From the NCBI GenBank assembly GCA_001949185.1, contig BDGG01000014.1:651378-715377 (forward strand): a stretch of DNA of 64,000 bases, in the 5' to 3' direction. This document shows positions 1 through 12,042 of the stretch, one piece after another; the first letter of the stretch is position 1; every line of letters starts with the position of its first letter. The position numbers were made by a program, and so were the translations under genes. The notes beneath the pieces are model-generated. The model saw nothing but the letters and a program-made list of their open reading frames with translations. It did not search any database and had not been told where the DNA came from. The stretch comes from Ramazzottius varieornatus. Its lineage: Eukaryota > Animalia > Tardigrada.

Positions 1-1134
1 CATAGTTGTTCATGATATAGACTTGCATGGTCTGTGTAAAGTCCATGTTTGGCTGACTTTGAAGGTACAGCTGCCCGCTGCCCGTTGGATAAGCATAAGC
101 GTAGACGAAGCCGGCAGGTGAACTTGAGGTAACAGAATTGTACCAGTTGACGCCGTATGCCGAATTATACTACAGCACAATTAGGCGCGTGATGTGCATT
201 CTTCCATTATCGTACACATGTTGTAGAATACTTGCCCATATGTTAGCATAGATGTAACTTCCTGCGGCCAGGTGGCACGGTACGTCGATGATTGAGCCGT
301 CGTAGTACAGGTATGGATAGGAAGGTGAAGATGTCGTCGTCGTGGAGGTAGTTGACGGGCAGAAGTGGAAGTCAAACTGAAACAACTAATAGTATACCCC
401 TGAACAACCACCAAATCCCGGCATACATTCCGTACGAGTACATTGGAACCATGCTGAGCACTTGTATTGAGATCGCTTCTTTACCGTGAGGAAGACGGAG
501 TTTGATTTCTGGCCGTGACTGTCAGTGACCCACACTTCGATCACTTGCGAAAAGTCCGCTGAAGGCAAGTAGTTGAGGTAAATGTTGCCGTAAGCGTCGG
601 GTCCCACCAGATAGCTGTTGAAATTGCCGTTGCTGCTCCCTCTGATGGCACTGTACCAGCTGTAAGCAGAGTTGGATCCGGGTTGCACCTTCGAATAAAC
701 GTATCCAGGCATGCATATTACGCAAGAATCGTACTGTAGTAGAAGCGATAGAGCAAAATGTTACTGGTCCTTACCGACAAGCCGGAGAAGAGGAAGGAGT
801 AGTAGGTGAAGTAGCATGGAACATCAATCCATGATGCGTTTCCGTAGTTGACAAGCACAGGAGGCGGGGAAAGTGTAGCGTTAGACTGGTTGCAGGTGTT
901 GCATTCGGCGGCTTGCTCGTAGCTCAGCTTGCGCGACTCGTCGACGGAGACCTTGACAGCTCGCCCACGGTAGAGACGATCCAGGATTGCGGAACTGAGA
1001 CGCCGGTCGAAGTTCCGGCCCCAGTTTCCATTGTCCAGACTTCCCCCGAAGAATCCAGTGGACGGAACAACTGCCACGATCTGAGCAGTAGCACCAGCAT
1101 ACAGAGCTGCAAGAAGCAAAACCTTTAGTGCCAT
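1..1134 (-). CDS. Secreted protein with tandem ~90-aa beta-rich repeats (3' end runs off the window)
   Basis: Signal peptide MALKVLLLAALYAGATA. The ORF fragments join in frame via introns ~774-691, ~485-377 and 235-170 (GC donor). Two repeats (IDVPC...NSAY..W...YL...P..DF.Q...V) are separated by a Thr/Ser linker. Confidence 0.75.
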
Positions 1135-1985
1135 CTCACCGGGTGGGGGGAAAAACTGGAACTGAAAAGTTTGTGGAAAAATGAGCCTTGGTTTCTTCGA
1201 TTATGTACCTTTTTTTCTTGCGGCCTTTCCGTAGTTGGCAGATCTAGGTATGCAATCTGTTGGCCATGAAGTTACGAGACGTTTCTGGAACCTTTTGCCA
1301 AAATTCACCGCTGTTACGCAGCTCATTTCTCATCTCGGGGAATTTTATGGAAATTACGACCTTGTCAAATGTGATAAGAGGAACTTTTGAAACACGTGCT
1401 TGCTGCGGAAGGAGTAAGTTTCGAGTCAAGTCCGGCCGTTACTTGCATGTTACGATATTTCAAACTATTCTCTGCCGTACACGTTCTCGTCGGCATCTAC
1501 AGCGCGCGCGATAAACTGGATTTTCCCGGTAGAACCTGTCAACGGCTGACGTCTGTTGCAACTGCAGCCAAGTTTCCAGTGCGGCAAAGTTGTTCGCCAA
1601 ATGAACCGAAATCTAACGGGGCGCTGTGGCCGAGGCTGCGAGATCGAGAGGGTAAGATTTAGGGGAGAAGACGCATGGTTATCGGATTCGTCCGATTACG
1701 GGTGTCCGCTGGCTGAATTTTGCGGTGCGGCAACGTATTGTAATTTACGAAACCGAGTTAGGTGTGTTCTTCCCTTCCTGTCCAGTGATTTTCTAACATT
1801 CGTACCCTCGAGTAAGGCTAAGCTGTGTTCGATGCTGTGTGAGCCCTAAGTTTCTGCTTAATGGAGAGTACTACGAAAGGGAAATTGGTACGGAAAGCAT
1901 TACGAAATGCTGGTGGTGCGTGACGCGGGGTTCATCCAGTGTTGCTAACAAATAACTAATGTGTGGTGCGCGCGTTCTGTCTTGA

Positions 1986-3101
1986 TCAGCATCGTGGTAG
2001 AAACGTCCGTCGGAATGCAGCTCGTAGGCTGGGCAACGTCAACATGAACCAGACGGGGTCCAGTACAGCAGCCAGTTCGTACAGGATCATGACTTTTGCA
2101 AACATGCCTGGAACGTCCGTCTCAAAGATAATATAAAGAGTAAAGTAGACGTTGGCAGGGCAGTAACACAGCAGCACCGTTGACGTCATCAGTGTCAGAG
2201 CCAGAAATCCATGGCCGTTTCTACGGCGTGGTAACCGGCAGCATAAAACACGGCCATCAGAATGTCTTCCTTTACCTCCACGAATACGTACAGGGACCGA
2301 AGCTTCTATATTGCTTTTGACTGACGGCACCACAACAAGTTTACGACGAGCCCCTGTATGCGAAGCAGTCGAAGCGGCAAGCGCACCTCGTTGTGGCCGA
2401 GAGGCCATCTTTGGGCTGGTGCCGCCCGTTGGTTCCACTCGAGTTCGATTACGCTGAATCGTTTTATAACAAATGATTGGATAGACCAATACCACAATAG
2501 CCACTGGTGCGTCCATGATGACCAGCTGGGCGAACCACAACCAGGCTTTTGGGGCGTCGCTGTTGACATTGCACCCATTGGTTTCCATCGGTGGACGGTA
2601 CCAAAGCGCGTCTAGCACCAAACATGGTATGACGATGATGTGCAGTGAAATCCACAAGCTGGCAATGACCAGCAGAGCAAACCGTTTCTTATGGTAGCGG
2701 CGGTACGATACCGGAAAGGTGACGGCCCAGAGGCGGTTGACAGCGATGGAGCCGTGAGCGATACACATGCTACCGGTCAGGACCCAGTTGGTGTACTGGT
2801 ACATGGTGCATATGGCGTAACCAAGCCACCATGCTGAGTACAGATCGCTGATTATCTCGATGGAGTAGAAGAATATGGAGACAATGAAGTTAGAAGCAAA
2901 AAGATTAAGGATGTAAACAGTGAAGGGAGTTATCAGAGCTGGATTTCGGGCGAAGACAACAAGCATAGCACCGTTGTTGAGGAATGCACTGAGCTGGATA
3001 AAGAGCGTAAACAACGGCGTGAATGTCCAGTTGGGTCCTTCGACTGTAGTGGCGTTCAGCAGTGTGATAGGGTTCGTATTGTTAGTCCTGTTGCTCTCCA
3101 T
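1986..3101 (-). CDS. Intronless rhodopsin-family (class A) GPCR, 371 aa
   Basis: N-glycosylated N-terminus, seven hydrophobic segments, NRLWAV (DRY-like) after TM3, CYCP in TM6, LDPVWF (NPxxY-like) in TM7. Confidence 0.9.
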   Translation of the reverse strand: MESNRTNNTNPITLLNATTVEGPNWTFTPLFTLFIQLSAFLNNGAMLVVFARNPALITPFTVYILNLFASNFIVSIFFYSIEIISDLYSAWWLGYAICTMYQYTNWVLTGSMCIAHGSIAVNRLWAVTFPVSYRRYHKKRFALLVIASLWISLHIIVIPCLVLDALWYRPPMETNGCNVNSDAPKAWLWFAQLVIMDAPVAIVVLVYPIICYKTIQRNRTRVEPTGGTSPKMASRPQRGALAASTASHTGARRKLVVVPSVKSNIEASVPVRIRGGKGRHSDGRVLCCRLPRRRNGHGFLALTLMTSTVLLCYCPANVYFTLYIIFETDVPGMFAKVMILYELAAVLDPVWFMLTLPSLRAAFRRTFLPRC

Positions 3102-3959
3102 GGTAGATTGCCTCCAATGTTGCCTCGTCGGTGACAGATACTTGCCGTACAGGAAAAATTTTCGGGCTGGAACTGCTCAAGAAGATCTTCCGAACTTGGA
3201 CTGCTTTCCCAAGCCGATCAGGCGTTGTATTCAGAAAGAATTGGCAGGTTCGTCGTCCGATCCCTTGGTACCCAGTTGTCCTCGTTCGGATACAACCTGT
3301 GTTGATCACAGATTAATTGAGAAGCATGTATAGTCTGGAACCGACAAGCCGAGTGCACATGAGTGACTATATTTAGCTCATTACTGTAGCAAATCAAGTA
3401 ACACTGGATGACTTTGGAAAGACGTTATGATTTAATTGGAGCAGGCTTATCTGCCGTCGGTATGTCCAATCCCGGAATTCGTAGTCCGGATCTGGATAAG
3501 CTGAATGGGAAGCCTAAGGTCATCCAAGGTCATCTGACTCACTAATCGGGCGATGAAAGTAATAATGAGGAAACGATACATTCAGCATGTGCAAGCTAAT
3601 CGGCGACAAGATGTCCTTTGTTCCTTTGTTTTCCTGTGCGTCAGAAGCATTGTGCAACCAGAAAGCTTAGGAATAATCTCTGAAGCTTGTTTTGCAGGTG
3701 TGAGTGTTAAATCCGCTGTTCAGACGAAGAACCTCAAGGTTGAGTCTCGTTTACAATTGTACCTGCTTCTTTGCATGAGCTCTTACAAACAGATCAAAGA
3801 GGCAGAGTTTTCATTCCCTGCTCTCAGGAATGCGACACATCGAGCAGCTATCAAAAGTCTGATAAAATTACCATAACCAATGATTCTAACAAACAGTTCT
3901 GAAAATCACTTAGGAAAAGAAGAAAAGTTATCCACTGTGATATCAATAGATGAAGTAAA

Positions 3960-4920
3960 ATTGCCGGTATGCAACGCGAAGGTCAGCCAGCTCAATTATG
4001 GACCATATCAGATCCGGGACGGTAGCCAACTCGTACAAAATCGAACTGAATACATGCCGGCGATGTCAATGCCAAGGATAATCCGAAGCGTGAAGCCCAC
4101 CTGATCAGGCCCCTAACAGGCTAATCCTGTCGACGTCATCAGTGTCAGTGCCAAGAACTCATAACTATTTTTGGACTGTCCCACACCCCGGCCGTCTCAG
4201 TATCAGTGTCGCTGCTCCACTCGAAGCTCAAAGCACACCCGGATCGACTTGCGCATTTGATCGAACCGTCCGTCTCATCTATCACTTTATGCCACCAGGT
4301 CTGACGTGTCTCCTGGAGCTGCGAGAGCTTTTTAACAAACGACGGGAAAGACTTCTAGAACGACAAGCGGTACGTCGTAAACTCAGAATTTGCTTAGTCC
4401 AAGATCATCCCTTCAGAGCTGCGACGTTCAAGTTACACCCGTTGGTGGCTATCGGTTACCGGTGGTGCATTGCGTCCAGTATGATTGCCGGAAAGAGACA
4501 CATGTGCTAGCAGTGCCACATTCCCGCGCAAACAGTGACAGCGAGCGTTTCCTGTGGAACGACGGTGAGTGACCAGGTAGGGAACGGCCCACAGCTGTAC
4601 CACCCGTACGAACCCAGTTACTATACACGCACGAAGGCGAGGTCTGGACCAAAGTCTGCAGGGATGCATTTTTTACACTGTAAATCGTAAAAGGGGTGAG
4701 TAGAGAAACCTCGCGGGAATAGAAACAAAAAACTGCCGTTGGTCAGAATCGCGAATAGCTGGATGATGAGGGAAAAGATCGCGATGGAGCTCCAATTGCA
4801 AACCGGAGCGTCGGTTGTAGACGAGTTTGTCAAAACTGAGTCTTTTCTTACGGCCAGTGTCAGATTTGCGGGAAACGACCTGCTGTCCATATTATGCGCG
4901 GAACTAACTGATTTAGACAT
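3960..4920 (-). pseudogene. Degenerate tandem paralog of the 1986-3101 GPCR
   Basis: Fragments in different frames match the neighbour: FSLIIQLFAILTNG~FTLFIQLSAFLNNG; DAMHHR*PIATNGCNLN~DALWYRPPMETNGCNVN; FLALTLMTST identical; ILYELATVPDLIW~ILYELAAVLDPVW. Stops and frameshifts are present. Confidence 0.85.
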
Positions 4921-5601
4921 CCAAAAGGAAGGTTCGTTCGCAAAAAATTCAGGAAGTTTTCGTACTTTTAAACTTTATTGATAGTCAGTTTTCTCACTGG
5001 CATTGACACCTAAATTTTATCAAGCGTCTATTATTTCCACCAGACCTACAGACTGTAGAACTCAGATTTCCATCTCGAAATGAAACACTGGGGTGCTAGT
5101 TAGAAATCGGAAAAGGAAACATGCTTTTCCGGCAGTGTTACATCATTGTCAGTTCTCTCTGGAGAGATTCATCGATAGTTACTGTTTTCAGGGGCTTGGA
5201 TAGTCTGCTTCGGCTTTGAAGTACAGGCACGGTATTCCAGAGATTCCACGGATCAAGAATCATGCTACGTATGGATATGCATAGGTAGGACACTGTTCCG
5301 ATCAGTTTCGATAAACACGTGCGCGTACGGTTAACACTTGTTGCGAAAGCTCCTCCCAAAAGGCTGGCCTTCCAGCGGAGCTTCAGAAGGAATCATAGAC
5401 CACTTGAGTCATCGTAGAAAGCTGGTCAGGCATTCTAAAGCCCTTAAATTGGGGCAAACTATGGCAAGCCTGAGCTTATGGCGGAAGATCAAAGAGAAAT
5501 TTCTTGGCCCCGAAAGTGGTCTCTACCATTAGCCATCTGTTGTACGTACAGGTATAGTGCATTATTATACCCTGTTGATCGTGCAGTGCCGTCAAGTGGT
5601 A

Positions 5602-7331
5602 CTGTATTCCCTCTAAGGTTCTGCGCAGTCACGTGACAGGCCCGTAAATATTACCTGCCGGGTCTAGAAAAATAACTAGGTCGTCAATCAAAGGCTCGTC
5701 AATCAATTTCCGTACAGTTAAGCTTTATTCTTCTGTGAACGAATCTTCCACCGAGCTGAAACTACACTCGAAAGAGGCCTCCAAATGCTCACGACTATCC
5801 ATAATCTCTTCCTGTCCAGCTAACATGTACAAAGGCTCTGGCATAATATTAGTTCCAACAAAAGAATTTTCGGAAGCTTGTCCCAAGCTTCCGAAACAAA
5901 ATGGATGAAGTCTTGACGGCTCGGCTTCTTCAAGTACCCACTCTTGGTAACAGCGGTGAGATAATCCCTCCAGACATGGTGAGATCGCCGCAGATACGAT
6001 TTAAAGGGAAAGCTAACACCTACGTCGAGAGGTTGATAGGTACCAGTAAGTCCAGCAGGAATGAACACCTGTTAAATACCAGATTTTCCAGTAGAAGCTG
6101 ACTTTCAAAACTCCCGTGAGCTGGCGCACGACCGCGGATTAGGGTTTCACCATCATGTCTTTCGTCAAATGTTTCGCTAATCCAAAACTGATCAAAAGCC
6201 GAATTCCACCACCCCGGACGAGTACTGAAAATGCGCACGTTCTCGGGCATTACCAACTTGTTTAGGATTTTTGGCGACAGCTTTCCGGTCTTCTTGTTGC
6301 CTTCGAACACAATGAAAGCGGGGAATTCTGAGTCGTCGGCGCAAATCGTGAGGCACACCGTGTGGCATTCGGGATCTTCTGGAGGCTGGACAGCTCGAAC
6401 TTCCTTCGCACCTTTTGGAGATAGCGTCTTCTTATACGTGTTCTGCAGTCTGACAAAGGTCTGGTCCATGTTCATGAGGTGGTAAGGATGAGGTTGATTT
6501 AGGGAGACAGCTTCAAAAATCCTGTGTAGGAAGAATTCTTTCTGGATGTGCAGATAGGAAAAGCGAATGGCAGTTTATTCTGCGCATGTCGTCACTAATC
6601 GTAATGCAATAGTAAGTAACACAGCTTCAAAACAAATTTAATGACATGTCACACACCGTGATAAGCAGACCTCTTACCTTGTCTTCGTCCGTTTGCGCGA
6701 ACTTTCGGCCAGTCTTCGTTGTGACTCTCAAAACTATTCCACGTCGCTTTCTAAAATTCTCTACCCATCCTTTCGAAGCCCTAAACACGGTGATTCCTAG
6801 CTTGACAAGCGGCAAGAGCCATTCTTTGCAGGTCGAAATCTCGAGTGGACTTGAGCTGCGCAAAACGCTATTCGTATATGCTGTACATCTCTGCATCGAG
6901 TTCAGGGTTTATAATCTGCTTTGCGGAGTTTCTGCTATTTTCTGGAAGCTTTTCAGACCTGAGAAAGACAAAAGTTATTGGAGAAACACTAAGGGATCCG
7001 AAACAACTTGATCAGTTCTTACTTCCAAAAGCGCACTGTCGATTCAGATATTCTAACAGCCTTGGCGTAACTCCGAATGCGTCCCTCCCACCTTTCCAGT
7101 GCAATGACATGACGCTTGGCCTCCTCCACAGAGTAAGTACGATGAGTTTTAGAGCTCATTGCGGCAAGGAGCTCAGCAATGTGATTCCTTAAAATTTCAG
7201 AAAACAATGAGCAATAAGTGACAACCTGATGGGCGACAATCAAACAATCAGTTTGATGTACCGTAAATTTTTTGCGGGGTGTAATTCACTTAAGTGATGA
7301 CGTACTGCGCAGAACCTTAGAGGGAATACAG
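5602..7331 (-). mobile_element. pogo/Tigger-like Tc1-mariner DNA transposon with disrupted transposase
   Basis: Perfect 28-bp TIRs CTGTATTCCCTCTAAGGTTCTGCGCAGT (5602-5629 / 7304-7331) with TA on both sides. Minus-strand fragments: HTH (YAKAVRISESTVRFW), CENP-B HTH (FRASKGWVENFRKR), DDE_1 (NMDQT, QPLDVGV). Frameshift near 6020-6068. Confidence 0.93.
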
Positions 7332-9555
7332 TACCATCAACAGGGTTATCAATTCCGTATTACCAATACGCCAACATCTCGAATGATTAGTACAGAATGG
7401 ATTGATCAAATCCGAAGTCACGACTCATGACTCATCAAAAACTTGGAAAAATTCGTCAAACAAAATAGAAAAATCAGAAAAAATCGGGGAATCATCCTGA
7501 GTAAAGGATTGTGCTGTCTGGAGCTCGAGCTCCCTCTGATGAGTTGCGATTCCGAGTCCCTTGGGTCTATCATATAACTCTCACGGATGAATGATGGAGA
7601 ACAGACCACATTATAAAAACGGTATCAATATCAAACAACAAAAGTCACGTACGAGGAAGACCGAGACCTATCGCCTCCTGGTTCGCGGACCAGAACTGGG
7701 TATCAGCGTACGAGAATGCGTCCAAAGGGTATCTGACCGAACTGTTCAGGGGATCATTTAACGAACAAATCAACAAACTAACCGGCATAAGCTGGAAGTG
7801 TCGAAAATCTGTGTGCTGGCACGCGCAACGGTTAAGTACGCCTGTGGGCTAACTTCAATTAAGGAATCAAGCGGTAACAGTTCTTCAGACAACATGCACC
7901 GGAAGTGGCGCTGGTGAGCGTCTCTAGCAAAGGCGCGTTGCTGACACCAAAAACTGACACTTAACACCCCAGGTTTTTTTACTTTTGATCTCGAAGCTTT
8001 CAGCCACTCGTTCTGACTTCATTACCGCAGCAATGTGCAGCAAAATTTACTGGAGTGAGAGTTTGATAATCCGCAGAACTTCTTCTTATAGAAAGCGGAT
8101 TCCGAGCGCAAATAGTTTAGGCGCATCCCAGCATGATACCCGATTTCGATTGAGAAAAGTTGTCATAGCACGAGAGGGAAAATGTTGGGCTCGTCAATGT
8201 ACAATTGAGAGAGTAAAACTAGCGGTCTTGTCCATGTAAAATCGCATGCTGAAGTTGTCCACCCTGAAAAGTTTGCACATATATGTGTATCGTAATTTGA
8301 TTGATTAAAATCAACTGATTTTCGAAAACAGGCTTTTTAACATGTGCTGACTGTACCTTTTCCCAGCGGATGTTCCTTACGAAATCCGCTCTTCTTTTCT
8401 GTTTACCATGTTTGACAAATAGATACGGGTTTGTTCCTATCGAATAAACCAAAAAGCAACAACATCTGATCAGCAGATGAGGAGATATGGGGTGGTCAAG
8501 TTCCCCATGCGATTTTCCATTGGACAAGTCCGCTACTCTTACCTCGTAGTTGCAGCGCCTATTGGTTCGTTCGTCGACAACTCCACCATGCGATCTTGCT
8601 TTGACGGATCCACTATTTCCTCCTCTTACGGGCTACACATGGTACTGTATTGGAATATTGTTTGGGCAAGATATCAACTAAGATTTCGATCAACTTTGAT
8701 TATCAATTATCCACAGAGTCAACTTTGCAGGATATAGTTTTTGGTCAAAGATTATCCAGCCGTAAAATCAACGTACCGATACACCGCTTTCTCAACTTAT
8801 TTAAAACACCTACCGTCGCTTGCTCGCGCATTTGAATATTGTTGAAAGTGAACTTTACTCTGATACAGCAATGTTCGAAAACGTCATATCCACCACAATT
8901 CATTGGCATGATGCAATTCCAGATCGGCAATTTGCGCCTAGTTGTCGCAAATTTGAGTGCGCGATATAAAAATCAGCCGATATTTTGATGTCCATGGTCG
9001 GCATTGTGGCCGAACGATTTTGGAATAAGTACCATTACAGAGAATCGGTTTGTTTCTAGAACCCTGCAAGTATTACGGTCCAACATTTTAAAATTATTGA
9101 ACAATAGTGACGGCGGATCGGGATTACGCGAAACGTGTTGACGTTTCACCGTATAAATTCATCAGCAATAAGCGCGGCCTCCACCGCAGCACGGACTTCA
9201 CAGCAGTTCAAACATGGAACAAGCTGAGCTCGTCATCCACTTGACTAGCAATTAGGTCCATCTTCATACACAGACGGGGATTACATGGAAAGCCAGTAAT
9301 ACTTGTATCTCCTTGGTCCGATTTTGACAACCCCCACGTCCATGCTGTTGATGTTCTCGTGTGACATCGCTACTCAACATTCAATCATGGTATTAAAACT
9401 CAACACGCCGAGAAAGCAGGTCAGAGTAATTTCGCTTGCGTTTCACTTCCTCATTCAGACGCTTTTTTGTCACTTTTCTCTCAAGCAATTTCAGTTCCAT
9501 TGACCGTCCTGCACTGATTGATTACTTGCTTGTTAAGGGTTTTCACACATCGGAA

Positions 9556-11662
9556 ATGCAGCTAATACTGCAATCGTTCTTTCTGACATTTGTCACATGG
9601 ATTCAATCAGCCACAGCGAACTTCCCCCAACAACCATTCCTGCCTATCAACTCATTCAACCAGCCACTCTTCCATCACTTTTTCAGCGATGGAGCTCCTC
9701 TGGTGCCGGACAGCGAGTCAGCTCGTTATGCCGCCCAGCCAGCCGTCACAGGCGCCAACATTTCTCCGCTTCCTGGCTACGAGACCGGTCAAGCGCAGGC
9801 TCAAGGTCCTCCACCTCGACGTGAGAGTACGCTCTCTCCCGAAGCTCAAGAAGCCAACGCGGAAGCGGGGACAGAAGGTGGTTCGGAAGGCGAAGCCGAG
9901 AACCAAGCCGATGGTGGAATGTCTAAGAAAGCCCGGGAGGCAGCGCAGGACGCCGCCGAGGGTGACGATGATACCAACGGTCAAGATGGCGACAACGACA
10001 ACGACTCATCCTCCTCGGAGTCATCCGAGTCCGAGGCCGAGGCCGACAACGAAGGAGAGTCCAACGAAGGAGGCCAAGGATCGAGGTACTATGGTGGCCG
10101 ACCTGGCTCTGCTATCCCGCCGCACTTGATACCGGTCATGGGACCGCTGCCTGAATCCGCAGTGGCTATCCAATCTGCACCACGTAAGTAGCGGGCATTA
10201 ATCATTCAGTTAGAGTTTCCAGTTTTTCGAATTTTCTCTTAAATTAATTTTTTTAATAAAATTTTCGTATAATGGCTCACTTTCTTTCTTGTCAGTGATT
10301 ATGTTGCCACCAAAAAGCAGAAACCTTCCTCCTGCGCCACCGCTCGATCGCGTCGTCGCGCACTTCCCCTACGACTACCAACCACCTGCGCATCTGACAG
10401 CAGTCTCTTCTGAAGTACCTCCGTCATTCGTCCCTCATGTGCCAGTCGGTGTTGTTTCCCCTATCCTGCAACCGCACCTCATTCCACTACACAAAGGCGC
10501 AAAAATCAACCCTGAGGATGTCAACATCAACATTCATCAGGTGGTCCACAATAACCATCCAGCAAGGGCACCATTGGAAGGCACTCCAACGCCACCACAA
10601 GAGTCATTGGCACCTCAAGGTAACGGTAACGGTAGTCAACCAGCCAGCCTCGACGCTTCAGCGAAGCTGACCGCAGGTCCTCCACAAGGACAACCTCGAC
10701 CGCTACCGTCATCGCAACAGCAACAACAACCACAATCAGCACAAGGACCACAACAAAGTGGATATGGAAATCAGGGCCCAACTTCCCAGCGACTATCGGC
10801 CCCCGAAGCAGCTCCATTATCCGTCCCGGAACAAGCTGGACCTGCTTCTTCGGCTGAACCACCCGGACCAGTTCCCAACACGATGAACGAGCGACCATCG
10901 TCTTACTCCGGTGGCGCACCCAGGGAAGGCGCCAGCCAAAACCAAAGACCGCCAATGAGCAACCAAGGAGGAATGCAGCCCGCTCGACAGTCGCAACGTC
11001 AGTCATCGCGGATGAACCAACCGATGAATCAAAATCAAAGACAACCGGGCGGCATGAACCAGGAATCACCTTCCCAAAGGCAGCCATCAATGAACCCACA
11101 GCAGCAGCCACAGCCACAGCCGCAACCGCGAATGCTTAGTCCTGAAGAGCTCAGAAGAAATCAGCAAATATCTTCCGACACAGCCAACCGCGACTTGGCT
11201 GAAGCCTTGTCGATGGGCAACCCAGGCCAGAATCCGTCCAACGCTCGTAGTGTTCCTTCAACTTCTGGTAACTTGGAAGGTCCGATGGGAGGCAACGGAC
11301 AAAGTGGTCCAGCAGGTACGGCACAAGAGAGTGGAGGCGTCGATGCAGCTGGTTCCAAGCAATCCCCCGCAAGTAACCCTCAAGAAGTGGGCATCAAGAT
11401 ATTTTTCAAACGCTCAGTGGCAACCGAGAAGGAAAAGCCCATAGTGACTGAGGGAAGAAGTGGGAGGAAAGGTGCGCAGTACAAGTCGAGGTTTCACAAT
11501 GGTACGAACGGCACCACACCCATGACATCATCCTCTGTTCAACGACTGCGGAAAGGAAAGCTGCACAAACCCGCTGACATTCAGAAGATGCAGAGAAAGA
11601 TCGCTACTGGGTATAAAATGAACCCTAGAAATTTTCAAGGATTTTCGGACGACTTTCCCTGA
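9556..11662 (+). CDS. Secreted low-complexity, probably disordered protein (acidic, then Q/P/G-rich, then basic tail), two exons
   Basis: Signal-like MQLILQSFFLTFVTWIQSATA. A GT-AG intron at 10184-10295 joins ORFs 9436-10191 and 10289-11662 in frame. No Cys in either ORF. Confidence 0.8.
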
Positions 11663-12042
11663 GCAACTTGAACATTTGACGAAGTTCAGCCTATGTCGAA
11701 AGGATTTTAAATTTTACGCTCAAACATGATAATCAATAATTTATCTCTGGCATAAATTTCTGTTCTCGGTATCCGGTCATGATGTGGTCCCGACCACAAA
11801 GCTAAAACGGCAACAAGTTTACGATGAAAGGACAGAAACAGTGTTAAAAGGCTATCACGTGCATGAAATGCAAACAGGTTTCTAGGATCAAACAACGGTA
11901 TCAGTATCAGTTTCAATGCAACAACACTTGTGTACATGTGTACAGGAAACGCTGTCTATCCAAACTTGAATTACAGTAAAATCCAAAAGTATCGGTCAGG
12001 TGAAAGCTGGAAACGATGTGAGCAAACGAATTTATTCACTTT

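Noticed and set aside
170-720. Consecutive same-frame ORFs separated by single stops, suggesting readthrough or recoding
   Set aside because: The stops fall inside well-formed introns; ordinary splicing explains them.
1280-1540. Similarity to SLC6 intron sequence near 54120-54300
   Set aside because: Only short AT-rich matches; cannot be delimited by eye.
7950-8500. Possible MITE with ACTT.ACACCCC ends, similar to sequence near 47030
   Set aside because: The match is too short and no TSD could be established.
10527-11117. Long antisense ORFs over coding exons (also 16035-16571 and 43616-44026)
   Set aside because: Shadow ORFs of low-complexity or biased coding sequence.
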